DNA from: a virus
Lineage: Duplodnaviria > Caudoviricetes
Strand: one strand, 5' to 3'
IMG/VR virus record: IMGVR_UViG_3300005612_000017
Coordinates: 1 to 34,540 of that record
DNA: 34,540 nt
How positions within the stretch are numbered: the stretch's first letter is position 1; the number at the start of each line of letters is the position of its first letter. A program made the position numbers and the translations under genes. Below are positions 1 through 9,238 of the stretch, one piece after another. The notes beneath the pieces are model-generated. The model was not told the DNA's origin. It was given only the letters and a program-made list of their open reading frames with translations, and did not search any database.

Positions 1-1
1 A

Positions 2-238
2 GCCAAACCCAGAAGTCGCTTCGCTCCACCCACTCTCGAAGAGGTAAGAAAATATGTGAGAGAGAAAGGCTATAGCATCGACCCGGAGCAATTCTTCGAC
101 TACTACACGGCAAACGGCTGGTTTCAAGGCAAGGCGAAAATAAAAGACTGGAAGGCCTGCGTCAGGACATGGGTTAATCGCGACCAAGCTTTCTTAGCTG
201 CCAAACCCAAGAAAGACCCATTCGCAGGAGCACTATGA
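2..238 (+). CDS. Phage replication initiator/replisome organizer, C-terminal part (truncated by window edge)
   Basis: Frame is open from base 2: AKPRSRFAPPTLEEVRKYV...FFDYYTANGWFQGKAKIKDWKACVRTW, a typical phage Rep C-terminal motif. ATGA overlap with the helicase. Confidence 0.75.
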   Translation, partial: AKPRSRFAPPTLEEVRKYVREKGYSIDPEQFFDYYTANGWFQGKAKIKDWKACVRTWVNRDQAFLAAKPKKDPFAGAL

Positions 239-1134
239 ACAAACTTGAAGGCGTAGATCTGATCGAATACCTGGAGCTCGTGGCTAAGCAGGAGTCCCAA
301 AGCATCCGCCAGCTTTCCGATGCGGTTGACGGGATATGGCAGAGGATGCAGAACGGCCCGCAAACATTCGGCGATCCCATGCCCTGGGAGAAAACGCACA
401 ACAATTTTCGATTTAGACCTTCGGAGGTCACGCTCTGGGGTGGGGTGAACGGCCACGGTAAATCGCTAGTGCTGTCTCAGGTGAGTATCGCGCTCATGCA
501 ACAGAGCCCGATTTGCGTAGCGAGCCTGGAGATGACAATGCCTGCTCTAGGCGAGCGTCTGGTACGTCAAGCGGCCGGTGGACTGTGCGACATTACCGAG
601 ATGGGCCGGATCCTTGCAGCTACCGACGGCAGGTACTGGATCTACGATGAATGTGATTCGGTAGACCGCGAGCGGATCATTGGCATGGCCATCTACGCCA
701 TGAAAGAGCTCGGGTGTGGGCACGTGATCGTCGACAGCTTGGTGAAGTGCGGGATTGGCTCCGATGATTATTCAGGACAAGCCAAGTTCGTGGACAAACT
801 CTGCTGGGTGGCGAAAACCTATGGCGGCCACATCCACCTTGTCCACCATTTACGCAAAGGCGGAAGCGAGAACGAAATACCGGACAAGGTCGCTGTAAAG
901 GGAGCCGGCGAGATAACGGACCTCGTGGATAATCTGGTGCTTGTGTGGCGCAACAAGTCCAAGGAGGACGCTATGCAGGAGGGCGGGGACTACGTGGACG
1001 AAGATCCGGATTGCTTGCTGCTGGTGAAGAAACAACGGCACGGCGAGTGGGAGGGGAAGATTAAGTTGTGGTTCGACGCAAAGTCCCACCAGTTCAAGGC
1101 GAGCGGATTCCAGCCCGTCGAAAAACTGTTATGA
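235..1134 (+). CDS. DnaB/T7 gp4-like SF4 replicative helicase (helicase domain only)
   Basis: Walker A GVNGHGKS, SLEM, Walker B VIVDSL, HIHLVHHLRK, KGAGEITDLVDN, KQRHG. Confidence 0.9.
   Translation: MNKLEGVDLIEYLELVAKQESQSIRQLSDAVDGIWQRMQNGPQTFGDPMPWEKTHNNFRFRPSEVTLWGGVNGHGKSLVLSQVSIALMQQSPICVASLEMTMPALGERLVRQAAGGLCDITEMGRILAATDGRYWIYDECDSVDRERIIGMAIYAMKELGCGHVIVDSLVKCGIGSDDYSGQAKFVDKLCWVAKTYGGHIHLVHHLRKGGSENEIPDKVAVKGAGEITDLVDNLVLVWRNKSKEDAMQEGGDYVDEDPDCLLLVKKQRHGEWEGKIKLWFDAKSHQFKASGFQPVEKLL
1102..1134 (+). repeat. Direct repeat copy 1 (helicase 3' end, SGFQPVEKLL*)
   Basis: agcggattccagcccgtcgaaaaactgttatga; 29/33 identical to 1721-1753. Confidence 0.85.
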
Positions 1135-1688
1135 GGCGGTTTCGTTGCATCGCAATAGACCCGCCCTGGGAATACCCTGAAGGGCTGCAAGGGCGGAAAC
1201 TACCATACGAGACCATGCCAATCTCTCGGATTGCTGAGCTTCCAGTGCCATCGCTGTTGATGCGCGAGGGGTACGTGTTCTTGTGGACAACCAACCGACA
1301 CCTGGAACAGGCGTTTTCGGTTGTGCGCAACTGGGGCTGTACGCCAAGACAAACGCTTACATGGTGCAAGCCACTGGCAGGGGTCGGCCTCGGCGGGATG
1401 TTTATGACTAACACAGAATTTATATTAGTAGGGCAAAACATCGGTGAGCGCAGCCATGCAAGGACGAAAAACACAAAAGGCCATAGAGTTGGAACAGCTT
1501 GGTTTAATTGGCCAGTGGCAGGTAACTCGGAGAAGCCGGAAGAATTTTATCGAATCGTGGAAAAGGTTTGCCTTGGGCCATACCTGGAAATGTTTGCCCG
1601 CGATCGTTCTCCTCTTTTCGGCACAAGGGAAGGCTGGGATGTTTGGGGCGACCAATGCAGGAGCACAATCGATCTACCATGTTGGTAA
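1131..1688 (+). CDS. MT-A70 family N6-adenine methyltransferase
   Basis: IDPPW catalytic motif, FLWTTN, SEKPEEFY, LEMFAR...GWDVWGDQ. Start placed at ATG 1131, overlapping the helicase stop. Confidence 0.9.
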   Translation: MRRFRCIAIDPPWEYPEGLQGRKLPYETMPISRIAELPVPSLLMREGYVFLWTTNRHLEQAFSVVRNWGCTPRQTLTWCKPLAGVGLGGMFMTNTEFILVGQNIGERSHARTKNTKGHRVGTAWFNWPVAGNSEKPEEFYRIVEKVCLGPYLEMFARDRSPLFGTREGWDVWGDQCRSTIDLPCW

Positions 1689-1720
1689 CGAGACTAACTG
1701 CACACACCTATGCACAAACC

Positions 1721-1753
1721 AGCGGATTCCAGCCAATCGAAAAACTCTTATAA
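1721..1753 (+). repeat. Direct repeat copy 2 (orphan copy of helicase 3' end, SGFQPIEKLL*)
   Basis: agcggattccagccaatcgaaaaactcttataa. Confidence 0.85.
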
Positions 1754-1771
1754 CCAACGAGGAATAAAACC

Positions 1772-2242
1772 ATGCCTTCTGTAAATACAGTGCTGTTGAT
1801 CGGCCACCTGGGACAAGATCCTGAGCTTAGCCAGCTCCCGAGCGGCGATGCGGTCGCCAACTTTTCGCTTGCCACTACCGAGAAATGGAAGGCGAAGGAC
1901 GGCACTCCGAAGGAGCTCACCGAGTGGAGCAGAATCGTGGTGTATGGAGCGTCTGCAGAGAAGTATGTGAGCGCCTATCTGAAAAAAGGCGACCTGTGTA
2001 TGGTTCGGGGCAAGCTGAGGACGCGGTCCTGGGAGACCACTAGCGGCGAGAAAAGGTACTCGACGGAAATCATCGCAGACAGATTTGGGGGTGTGCAAGG
2101 GCTAGGAGGAGGCAAGGACCGCCATGAGAGGCATCCAGCGGCCCCACACGGTGCTGATGGGGGTCTGGCAGCACATGGGCAGGGGGCTGGTGCTCCGGCG
2201 GCTCATGGGCGCATAGACTTCGACGATAAACTGCCGTTCTGA
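1772..2242 (+). CDS. ssb: Single-stranded DNA-binding protein
   Basis: SVNTVLLIGHLGQDPE, YLKKG, GKLRTRSW, acidic C-terminus DFDDKLPF; RBS gagga. Confidence 0.95.
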   Translation: MPSVNTVLLIGHLGQDPELSQLPSGDAVANFSLATTEKWKAKDGTPKELTEWSRIVVYGASAEKYVSAYLKKGDLCMVRGKLRTRSWETTSGEKRYSTEIIADRFGGVQGLGGGKDRHERHPAAPHGADGGLAAHGQGAGAPAAHGRIDFDDKLPF

Positions 2243-2245
2243 TCG

Positions 2246-2725
2246 GTGCCTAAGCTCAACTCACCCCAGCACGCCGGCTACCTGGCGGCGATCAAGCAGC
2301 GCAACCGCGCTACTTCGTCGAAGTGGGAGTCACAGTTCGCGCTCCACCTCCATGCCGACGGCATTCCGCCAGGCGCGCGCGAATTCCGCTTCTGTGCCGA
2401 TGCTGTGGGCTGGCTGGATATGGACGCAAAGGAACGCCGGAAGATCCCGCTTCGTCGACTGCTAAGGCGGGCGGGGCTTCGAGACTTCCGCTTCGACTTT
2501 GCTTGGCCGGACAGAAAAATCGCAGTGGAGATCGACGGAGCCATCGCCAAGGGCGGACAGGGCGGACACACCTCCATCAAGGGCTACACCGACGACCGTC
2601 AAAAAGACTGCGAGGCGGCTGTCCTTGGGTGGACCGTGATTCGAGTCACGGGCCAGATGGTTAAAACCGGCTACGCAATCAATGTTTTATCGAGGTTATT
2701 CAAAAGGAGGCGGACAGCCGACTAA
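2246..2725 (+). CDS. PD-(D/E)XK endonuclease (Vsr/DUF559-like, possible resolvase)
   Basis: REFRF...FRFDFAWPDRKIAVEIDG...H...D..K...A..LGWTVIRVT. Confidence 0.8.
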   Translation: MPKLNSPQHAGYLAAIKQRNRATSSKWESQFALHLHADGIPPGAREFRFCADAVGWLDMDAKERRKIPLRRLLRRAGLRDFRFDFAWPDRKIAVEIDGAIAKGGQGGHTSIKGYTDDRQKDCEAAVLGWTVIRVTGQMVKTGYAINVLSRLFKRRRTAD

Positions 2726-2727
2726 AT

Positions 2728-3171
2728 ATGCCAAAACCAAGAAGCCATTACAAAGACGATGAGTTCCTCCCGGACGCTAATCTGACTGTGATCTGCCTGC
2801 TGCAGGACGCCGAAGCGGCGCAGGATATCATCTACCAGGTGCGGTTCGCATGCTGCGGCCTGCTGACGCTCCAGACAAGGCACCAAATCCAACGCAGACT
2901 TTCCAAAGGACGGCAGGCACTACGGAAAAACGAGCTGATCCCCGCTTGCACTTCGTGCGTCAGGGGAAAACAGCGATCTGCTTCCCGCGCAGCGGCTAGG
3001 ACGCGGGCCAGGTTGCAGAAAAAGATAAAACGCGGGAATTCTTTCTCCACGGCGGGAAAGCCGTGGGCTATCTGGATCAAGGCCATGCTTGTGATTGAGA
3101 CAGAAGCGGTGCACCGGTGGGCTCAGAGGCGTGAGGACCGGGTGCTCAGCGGCGAACAGCCGACCTCCTAG
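2728..3171 (+). CDS. Hypothetical basic protein with Cys motifs (CCG, CTSC)
   Basis: Fills the gap between neighbours in operon orientation; no family recognised. Confidence 0.6.
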   Translation: MPKPRSHYKDDEFLPDANLTVICLLQDAEAAQDIIYQVRFACCGLLTLQTRHQIQRRLSKGRQALRKNELIPACTSCVRGKQRSASRAAARTRARLQKKIKRGNSFSTAGKPWAIWIKAMLVIETEAVHRWAQRREDRVLSGEQPTS

Positions 3172-3180
3172 GGGCGCGAG

Positions 3181-3840
3181 ATGCCAAACATAGAGCTATT
3201 CAATGAAGACTGCATGATTGTTATGTCGAGGTATCCAGATAACTATTTTGACTTAGCGTGTGTCGATCCGCCTTATGGGATAGGTGGGAGCGGAAAATCT
3301 AACAAATCGCGTAGTAAATTAGCTGTTGCGAAAGACTACAAGCCATTTTCAGGCGGTGATTTAGACCCACCATCCATAGCGTATTTTTCTGAGCTGCAGC
3401 GGGTGAGTAATAACCAAATTGTGTGGGGCGCCAACCACTTTGTGGACAGAATAGCAAAAGGTTCGCCGTGCTGGCTCGTTTGGGACAAGGAAAACGGGGG
3501 GTCAGATTTTGCTGACTGCGAGTTAGCATGGTCAAGTTTCGCGACCGCTGTCCGCATCTTCCGTTTTAGGTGGAATGGTATGTGGCAAGGAAACATGAAG
3601 AAAAAAGAGTGGCGTATTCACCCCACACAAAAACCCGTCAAACTCTACACCTGGCTTCTGACAAACTACGCCGAACCCGGCCAGCGCATCCTGGACACCC
3701 ACCTAGGCTCAGGATCTAGCGCGATAGCCGCCCACTACTTCGGCGCGGACTTCGTGGGCTGCGAGATCGACGAGGACTACTACCGGGCCGCCTGTGCCAG
3801 GTTCGACGCAGAGACCGCACAACAGGCGCTTGCCATCTAA
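3181..3840 (+). CDS. DNA N6-adenine/N4-cytosine methyltransferase (beta class)
   Basis: VDPPYG, IVWGAN, VWDK, HPTQKP, LDTHLGSGS, GCEIDEDY. Confidence 0.93.
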   Translation: MPNIELFNEDCMIVMSRYPDNYFDLACVDPPYGIGGSGKSNKSRSKLAVAKDYKPFSGGDLDPPSIAYFSELQRVSNNQIVWGANHFVDRIAKGSPCWLVWDKENGGSDFADCELAWSSFATAVRIFRFRWNGMWQGNMKKKEWRIHPTQKPVKLYTWLLTNYAEPGQRILDTHLGSGSSAIAAHYFGADFVGCEIDEDYYRAACARFDAETAQQALAI

Positions 3841-3869
3841 CCCTTCCCCTAGAGGGCCGCGAGGGCCGG

Positions 3870-4055
3870 GTGCTCAGAATGTTCCAGCTAAAAAATCGCG
3901 GCCCCGCTAAGAAAGTCGACTTCCTTAATCGAAATATCCCCGCTTGCCCGATCTGCGGCGAGCAACTGGTCCGCAGCACCCGGTACTACGAGCCGCCCTT
4001 CATCCCCACGCCAGACACCTGCCCCGAGCACGGGCTTCTGCGTCATCGCGCGTGA
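3870..4055 (+). CDS. Small zinc-ribbon protein
   Basis: CPICG...CPEHG; start may be ATG 3879. Confidence 0.45.
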   Translation: MLRMFQLKNRGPAKKVDFLNRNIPACPICGEQLVRSTRYYEPPFIPTPDTCPEHGLLRHRA

Positions 4056-4105
4056 TGTTCGGTGACGTGGTAGAATTCGGCCACATTTCCAAATGAGTCG
4101 AGACA

Positions 4106-4459
4106 ATGCCGAGCGGTGGCCAGAACAAAATCATCCTGACCGATGAGCAGTACGTTCTCGTCGAGAAGTTTGCGGGTTACGGGCTGAACCAGGACAAGAT
4201 CGCCGATGCGATAGGGATTTCTCTTGCAACGTTGAAACGCAATAAGACCGATAATGCAAAATTTGCTGAGCTGTACGCGCGTGGCAAAGCTAAGGCAGAG
4301 GGTAGTGTAGGTTCCTCTCTCTATAGGCGTGCTATAGACGGGGACGTAGGAGCCATCAAGTGGTGGGAACAGACGCGCGCGGGGCGCATGGAAAGATCCC
4401 GCCAGGACGTGACACAGGAGAGCACCCTCGTAGTCAAGGTCGTCCCGCACGCCGAATGA
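4106..4459 (+). CDS. terS: Terminase small subunit
   Basis: HTH-like QDKIADAIGISLATL, RGKAKA..VG.SLYRRAIDGDVGAIKWW; directly upstream of TerL. Confidence 0.8.
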   Translation: MPSGGQNKIILTDEQYVLVEKFAGYGLNQDKIADAIGISLATLKRNKTDNAKFAELYARGKAKAEGSVGSSLYRRAIDGDVGAIKWWEQTRAGRMERSRQDVTQESTLVVKVVPHAE

Positions 4460-4460
4460 C

Positions 4461-5852
4461 ATGAGCGACATTCGATTAGAGATCGAAGTACGGCCCATCT
4501 TTATGCCGCTCTTCGCTCCGGATGTTGCGCGCTTCACAGTGGTTGTTGCCCACCGCCGAGCGGGTAAGACCGTCGCAGCCCTGCAGCGGCTCATTCACGC
4601 CGCCGCAGCTCCTTCTAAACCGAATTGCCGGTATTCCTACATTGCCCCGCTGCGAATGCAGTCGAAGGCCATTGCTTGGGATTATTTGAAAGCCTTTACT
4701 CGGGCGATCCCCGGCCTAAGCATCAATGAATCCGAGCTTCGGGTTGATTTTCCGACTGGCTCCCGCATCCAGCTATTTGGCTCCGATAATCCAGACGCCC
4801 TGAGAGGCGGCTACTGTGACGGGGTAATCCTCGACGAGGTAAGCCAGATGAGCCCAACCACTTGGGCTCATGTGGTTAGGCCGATGCTATCCGACCGGAA
4901 GGGCTGGGCGATGTTCATTGGCACGCCCGCCGGCAAGGGCGCGTTTTTCGAGCTGTGGGAAGAGGCAGAGCGCGCTCCGGGATGGGCGCGGTTTATGTTC
5001 AGGGCCAGCGATACCGGCCTAATCGATGATGAGGAGCTCCAAGCAGCCAGGCGCGAGATGAGTGAATCCGCCTACGCGCAGGAGTTCGATTGTTCTTTTA
5101 CCGCGGCTATCCGCGGCGCGTACTACGGCGACATCCTGGAGCAGGGCGAGCGCGACGGCCGGGTCCTCGCGGTTGATTACGACCCGGCGGTCACGGTTAC
5201 GACTGGCTGGGATATCGGAGTGAGCGACAGCACGGCGATATGGCTCATGATGCCGTACCGGGGCAATGCCTGGGCCGCTATCGACTACTACGAATCCTCG
5301 GGCGTAGGGATTGACTACTACGCCGCGTGGCTTCGGGAGCAGCCTTATAAGTATTTCAAGCACCTCGCGCCCCATGATGTGGCTAATCAGGACTGGAGCG
5401 CAGCGGGCGGCCTCAACCGCGTAGCCATCGCAGAGCAACACGGCATACGGTTCGAGCGGCAGCCACGGCCCAAGGACAGTCGAGAAGTCATGGATGGCAT
5501 CCAGGCAGTGCGCAGCCTGCTTCCGCGTGTGTATTTCCATAGCGACGGCAGCGCCAGGGGCCAGCGCGTGAGCAGGGGCCGATTAGCCTTATCTTTGTAC
5601 CGCGCAGACTACAATGATAAATTAGGCGCATTGAAGGCGAGCCCGGTGCATGACTGGTGCTCGCATGCGGCGGATGCTATGCGGACCTTCGCCACGACAG
5701 CAGAGGAAACAAAGCGTGCAGGATTATCGCGATCTAGCGGGCCAATCAATCGGTCACAACGCAGCGCCAGCGGATCCCGCGGCGGAGCCTTACCACCAAG
5801 GAGCGGAGGCCCAAGCATCAATGACAGACGCCGATCTACTAGCCGCTATTGA
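4461..5852 (+). CDS. terL: Terminase large subunit
   Basis: VAHRRAGKT Walker A, LRG..CDGVILDE Walker B, FIGTPAG, WDIGVSDST nuclease motif, HDWCSHAADAMR. Confidence 0.95.
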   Translation: MSDIRLEIEVRPIFMPLFAPDVARFTVVVAHRRAGKTVAALQRLIHAAAAPSKPNCRYSYIAPLRMQSKAIAWDYLKAFTRAIPGLSINESELRVDFPTGSRIQLFGSDNPDALRGGYCDGVILDEVSQMSPTTWAHVVRPMLSDRKGWAMFIGTPAGKGAFFELWEEAERAPGWARFMFRASDTGLIDDEELQAARREMSESAYAQEFDCSFTAAIRGAYYGDILEQGERDGRVLAVDYDPAVTVTTGWDIGVSDSTAIWLMMPYRGNAWAAIDYYESSGVGIDYYAAWLREQPYKYFKHLAPHDVANQDWSAAGGLNRVAIAEQHGIRFERQPRPKDSREVMDGIQAVRSLLPRVYFHSDGSARGQRVSRGRLALSLYRADYNDKLGALKASPVHDWCSHAADAMRTFATTAEETKRAGLSRSSGPINRSQRSASGSRGGALPPRSGGPSINDRRRSTSRY

Positions 5853-7869
5853 CGAAGAGGTGACATTCGCCCTGGCACGGAACGACGAAGCCAGGGCGGA
5901 GAGGGAACTAGCGCTCAAGTATTTCAACGGAGAGCTTCCGCCGCCGCCGTGCGAGGAAGACCTTGACCAAGGAATGTCCTCCATCGTAAGCACCGACGTC
6001 CAGGATGCCGTTTTCGCGGTCTCGGCTGAAATACTGCCGGCTTTTTCTGGTCCCTCTCCCGTTGAATTCACGCCCTTCAACGAGGAAGACGAGGAGCGTG
6101 CCGAGCTTGAAACCCGAGCGGTCAACCACGTGGCCGGGAAAAGCGGCTCGTACATGGCGATAGGTGCCGCAGTGAAAGACATAATGCTGCACGGCGGGGG
6201 GGCCGTAAAAGTGGCATGGGAAACGCGCACAGCCGTCGAGTACGCTACATCCCAAGGGGTTCCGTTCGAGATGCTGCCCTACGTGCTGGAAGCGGCTCAG
6301 GGTGAGCAGATCGAAATCATCGAAGGGGAGGTGGACGAAGCGCAAGGTTCAGCTGTCCTGACATCCCGGCGCTACCGTGAGAGTTCCAAGCCCAGGCTTG
6401 ATGCCGTCCCGCCGGAGGAACTCCTGGTTTCGGCTGATGCAGCTGGCGCGGATTTAGACAAGGTCCGGTTTAGAGCCCACCTGCGGCCCGTCTCCCGGTC
6501 CGAATTGATCGAGCTCGGCATTGACAGAGAGATGGTTGAGAGCCTATCAGCGACGTCTTCTTTCGAGCGGAGGCTTACCGACAAGACAACCTCTTTCCGC
6601 ACGCTAGAGACCGGACACGAGAGCACGGATTTTATAGACATCTGTGAGAGCTACTACAATATCGACTATGACGGCGATGGCATTGCCGAGCTGCGCAAGG
6701 TGCTAACCGCCGGTGGCAGTAACGGCACCGATGAGCTTCTGAGTAACGAGCCATGGGACGAGCAGCCTTTCTGTGCGGGAGTGGGCTACCTTGGTACCTA
6801 CGACTGGAAAGGGGTGAGTTTGTTCGACCGCCTTCGCGATATCCAGGACAGCAAGACCGACCTGATACGTGATATTAGAAATCAGACGAAGCGCACCATG
6901 AGGCAGACGTGGGGATTAGTGTTGGGCGATGCCAACGAGGACGATGCCCAGACGGCGCAGATGGGAGGTCATGTGCGTTGCCGGACTCCTGGGGGTGTAT
7001 TCCCGATACCTGGCGACGACGTGCCCCAACAAGCTTTTCCGTTGGTTCAATATCTGGATCAGATGAGGAGCGACAAGGGAGGCGGGGCCGTAGATCAAGC
7101 GTCGAGCGCGCAGGCTATAGGGCAGGGTGGCGACTGGAGCATGGAGCGGATGATGTCCGCTATGGAACAGCTCAATGCCTACGTCGCAAAGAACATCTGC
7201 GAGACACTGGTTAAGTCGATGTGGCGGAAGCTGCACCGCCTGTTGAGGCAGTATCAGGAGGACCCAATCACCCTACCGGGCAGCACCGGATGGAGCGAGA
7301 CAAGGGCCGCGGACTGGCCGATGCGCGAAGACCTGGAGATATCAACCGGGATGTCGACAGGTCAAAGGCGAGAGATGGCTGGGGCGCTTAGCGGCGTGGT
7401 CCAAATGCAGAGCACTGATGCAGAGCAAGGGTTAAACGGGATCCTTTTCGATTTGGATGCGCAATATCAAGCTCGCGTGGATCTGGCTCGATTAGCGGGC
7501 CTTGTAAATGCGGAGCAGTATTTCCTAAATCCAAAGTCCGAAGCTTCACAGCAAGCACAACAGGCTCAGCAACAGGCACAGCAACAACAGCAGGCTGAAG
7601 CGCAGCAACAGGCACAGCAATCCATGGAGTTCCAGCACAATCTCATGATGGGCATGGAGTCCATGAAGGCTGAGAGCCGTATCGCCATAGCGCAGATGCA
7701 GGAAGAGGGCAGCCAACAGCGTGCCGAGATGGATCAGATGATTAAGCTTTTCCAGAGCAAGATTGATTTGGCCGAACTCGAGCAGAAGCAGAACAAAGAC
7801 GAAAGCCAGCTTGAAATCGATCGCCTCCAAGCCACCACCGGCGTGGTCACGGCCCTTCGCAGACCATGA
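5821..7869 (+). CDS. Portal protein (P22-like, Gln-rich C-terminal barrel)
   Basis: SSIVSTDVQDAV, IDYDGDGIAELRKV, poly-Q tail, position after TerL. Start moved to ATG 5821 (ggagg upstream). Confidence 0.9.
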   Translation: MTDADLLAAIDEEVTFALARNDEARAERELALKYFNGELPPPPCEEDLDQGMSSIVSTDVQDAVFAVSAEILPAFSGPSPVEFTPFNEEDEERAELETRAVNHVAGKSGSYMAIGAAVKDIMLHGGGAVKVAWETRTAVEYATSQGVPFEMLPYVLEAAQGEQIEIIEGEVDEAQGSAVLTSRRYRESSKPRLDAVPPEELLVSADAAGADLDKVRFRAHLRPVSRSELIELGIDREMVESLSATSSFERRLTDKTTSFRTLETGHESTDFIDICESYYNIDYDGDGIAELRKVLTAGGSNGTDELLSNEPWDEQPFCAGVGYLGTYDWKGVSLFDRLRDIQDSKTDLIRDIRNQTKRTMRQTWGLVLGDANEDDAQTAQMGGHVRCRTPGGVFPIPGDDVPQQAFPLVQYLDQMRSDKGGGAVDQASSAQAIGQGGDWSMERMMSAMEQLNAYVAKNICETLVKSMWRKLHRLLRQYQEDPITLPGSTGWSETRAADWPMREDLEISTGMSTGQRREMAGALSGVVQMQSTDAEQGLNGILFDLDAQYQARVDLARLAGLVNAEQYFLNPKSEASQQAQQAQQQAQQQQQAEAQQQAQQSMEFQHNLMMGMESMKAESRIAIAQMQEEGSQQRAEMDQMIKLFQSKIDLAELEQKQNKDESQLEIDRLQATTGVVTALRRP

Positions 7870-8117
7870 TAAGCGGCAAAGACATAGCAGAATCCGAGGT
7901 CTGGAAATCAGCTACAGCTGCGGTGAGAGCGCGGATACATGATGAGTTCGAGTATGCTATGCCAAGCGATGGCGGCGCGATTCTTGTGAACATGAGCTAT
8001 CGGCTGCAGGCTTTAAACGAAATAAAGAACGAAGTCGAGCGAGAGTTAACATCCGGCTCGATCAACAAGCCAGCCCTCAAACGGGCTGATGCACGTCCCG
8101 CGAGATCGGGAAAATAG
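7866..8117 (+). CDS. Small hypothetical protein between portal and scaffold
   Basis: ATGA-coupled to portal; usual position in such podophages. Confidence 0.7.
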   Translation: MISGKDIAESEVWKSATAAVRARIHDEFEYAMPSDGGAILVNMSYRLQALNEIKNEVERELTSGSINKPALKRADARPARSGK

Positions 8118-8135
8118 ACAACTGGAGCATGAGTA

Positions 8136-9230
8136 ATGCCTGACACACAACTTTCCGAGCGGTTGCATGCGAAACTGGACGCCATGGGAGCCCCTCCGCG
8201 TGAAACCGGTCACGATCCAGTCGAGAGGCTGGAAGATTCGCAAACCGCTGGTAGTGAGAACCTAGACCAGGGAGAAGCGATGTCGGGTCTTGACGACAGT
8301 GCTGGGGAGAACCCGGAAGGCGTTGTCGACACCGAGACCGAGACCGAGGTGGCGGAAACCAGTGGCGAGGTGGCAACTGATGGCAAGAGCCAGACGTTTA
8401 AACCTGCTGAGCTGGCGGAGGCTATCGGATGGGAAGCGAAAGATTTATACGATGACCTGATGGTGCCCGTGGGCAATGACGGGGAGACCCTGAGCCTGGG
8501 TGCAATAAAGGATCGAATGGATACCCTTTCCAATTCCGAAACCGAGGTAAATGAGGCGCGTAGAGAGCTGCAAGCCCGGTTCGAGCAGTTGCATGCACAT
8601 CAGCAGCAGCTGACCGCCGGGTTCGCAGGAGTATCGGAAGAAGTCGGGAATGCGCAGCGAAAGCTTGTGGGTATTGAGGCCCAGTATAGCGCCCAACCCT
8701 GGGAACAGCTAGACGCCGAAAACCCCGGGCAGGCAGCCAATTTGCGTCAGAAATATTCTGCTGCGTACGGTGCTGCAGAGGCGGAGATGCAACAGGCACA
8801 GGCGCACCAGGCACAGGTCCAGACGCAAAGTTATCAGCAGATGGTCACCGCCGAGAACCAGCGGCTGGTTGGTCTGGTTCCTGAGTGGAAGGACATGAAT
8901 CTGTTTCGGACAGAGGAGCCCCAGATTAGCGAGTATCTAATCTCGATGGGTTTCAGGCCCGATCAGCTGCAGGGCATGACGGCAGCGGCTCCGAGAGCAG
9001 TCGCCCGTGATGCGTGGCTGTATCGCCAGCACCTCAAGAAAGTGGCTTCGGCGAAGGGGCAGGTGAGAGCAGCCCCTAAGCCGGTGCTACGCCCTGGAGG
9101 TGGGCCTGGACGTAAGACTATCTCCGATAAACAAACCGATCAACTTGCTGCTCGCGCCCGTGAAACCGGGCGAGCATCCGATAGGCTGGCAGCCGCGCGC
9201 GCCATTGTAGGTACATCCCTTCACAGGTAA
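8136..9230 (+). CDS. Capsid scaffolding protein
   Basis: Acidic disordered N-terminus, coiled coil, W..L...NP motif, basic C-terminus; directly before the capsid gene. Confidence 0.8.
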   Translation: MPDTQLSERLHAKLDAMGAPPRETGHDPVERLEDSQTAGSENLDQGEAMSGLDDSAGENPEGVVDTETETEVAETSGEVATDGKSQTFKPAELAEAIGWEAKDLYDDLMVPVGNDGETLSLGAIKDRMDTLSNSETEVNEARRELQARFEQLHAHQQQLTAGFAGVSEEVGNAQRKLVGIEAQYSAQPWEQLDAENPGQAANLRQKYSAAYGAAEAEMQQAQAHQAQVQTQSYQQMVTAENQRLVGLVPEWKDMNLFRTEEPQISEYLISMGFRPDQLQGMTAAAPRAVARDAWLYRQHLKKVASAKGQVRAAPKPVLRPGGGPGRKTISDKQTDQLAARARETGRASDRLAAARAIVGTSLHR

Positions 9231-9238
9231 TTTTTCCA

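Noticed and set aside
1568-1753. 61-aa ORF ending in a helicase-like tail
   Set aside because: Mostly overlaps MT-A70 out of frame; only the last 11 codons are meaningful, as the duplicated helicase end.
5650-5820. Long N-terminal extensions in the ORF track (portal 5650; also 1068, 16525, 18820, 33943)
   Set aside because: They overlap upstream genes extensively; downstream ATGs with RBS or stop-start coupling fit better.
7540-7625. CAG/CAA-rich low-complexity tract
   Set aside because: Ordinary Gln-rich barrel of P22-like portals.
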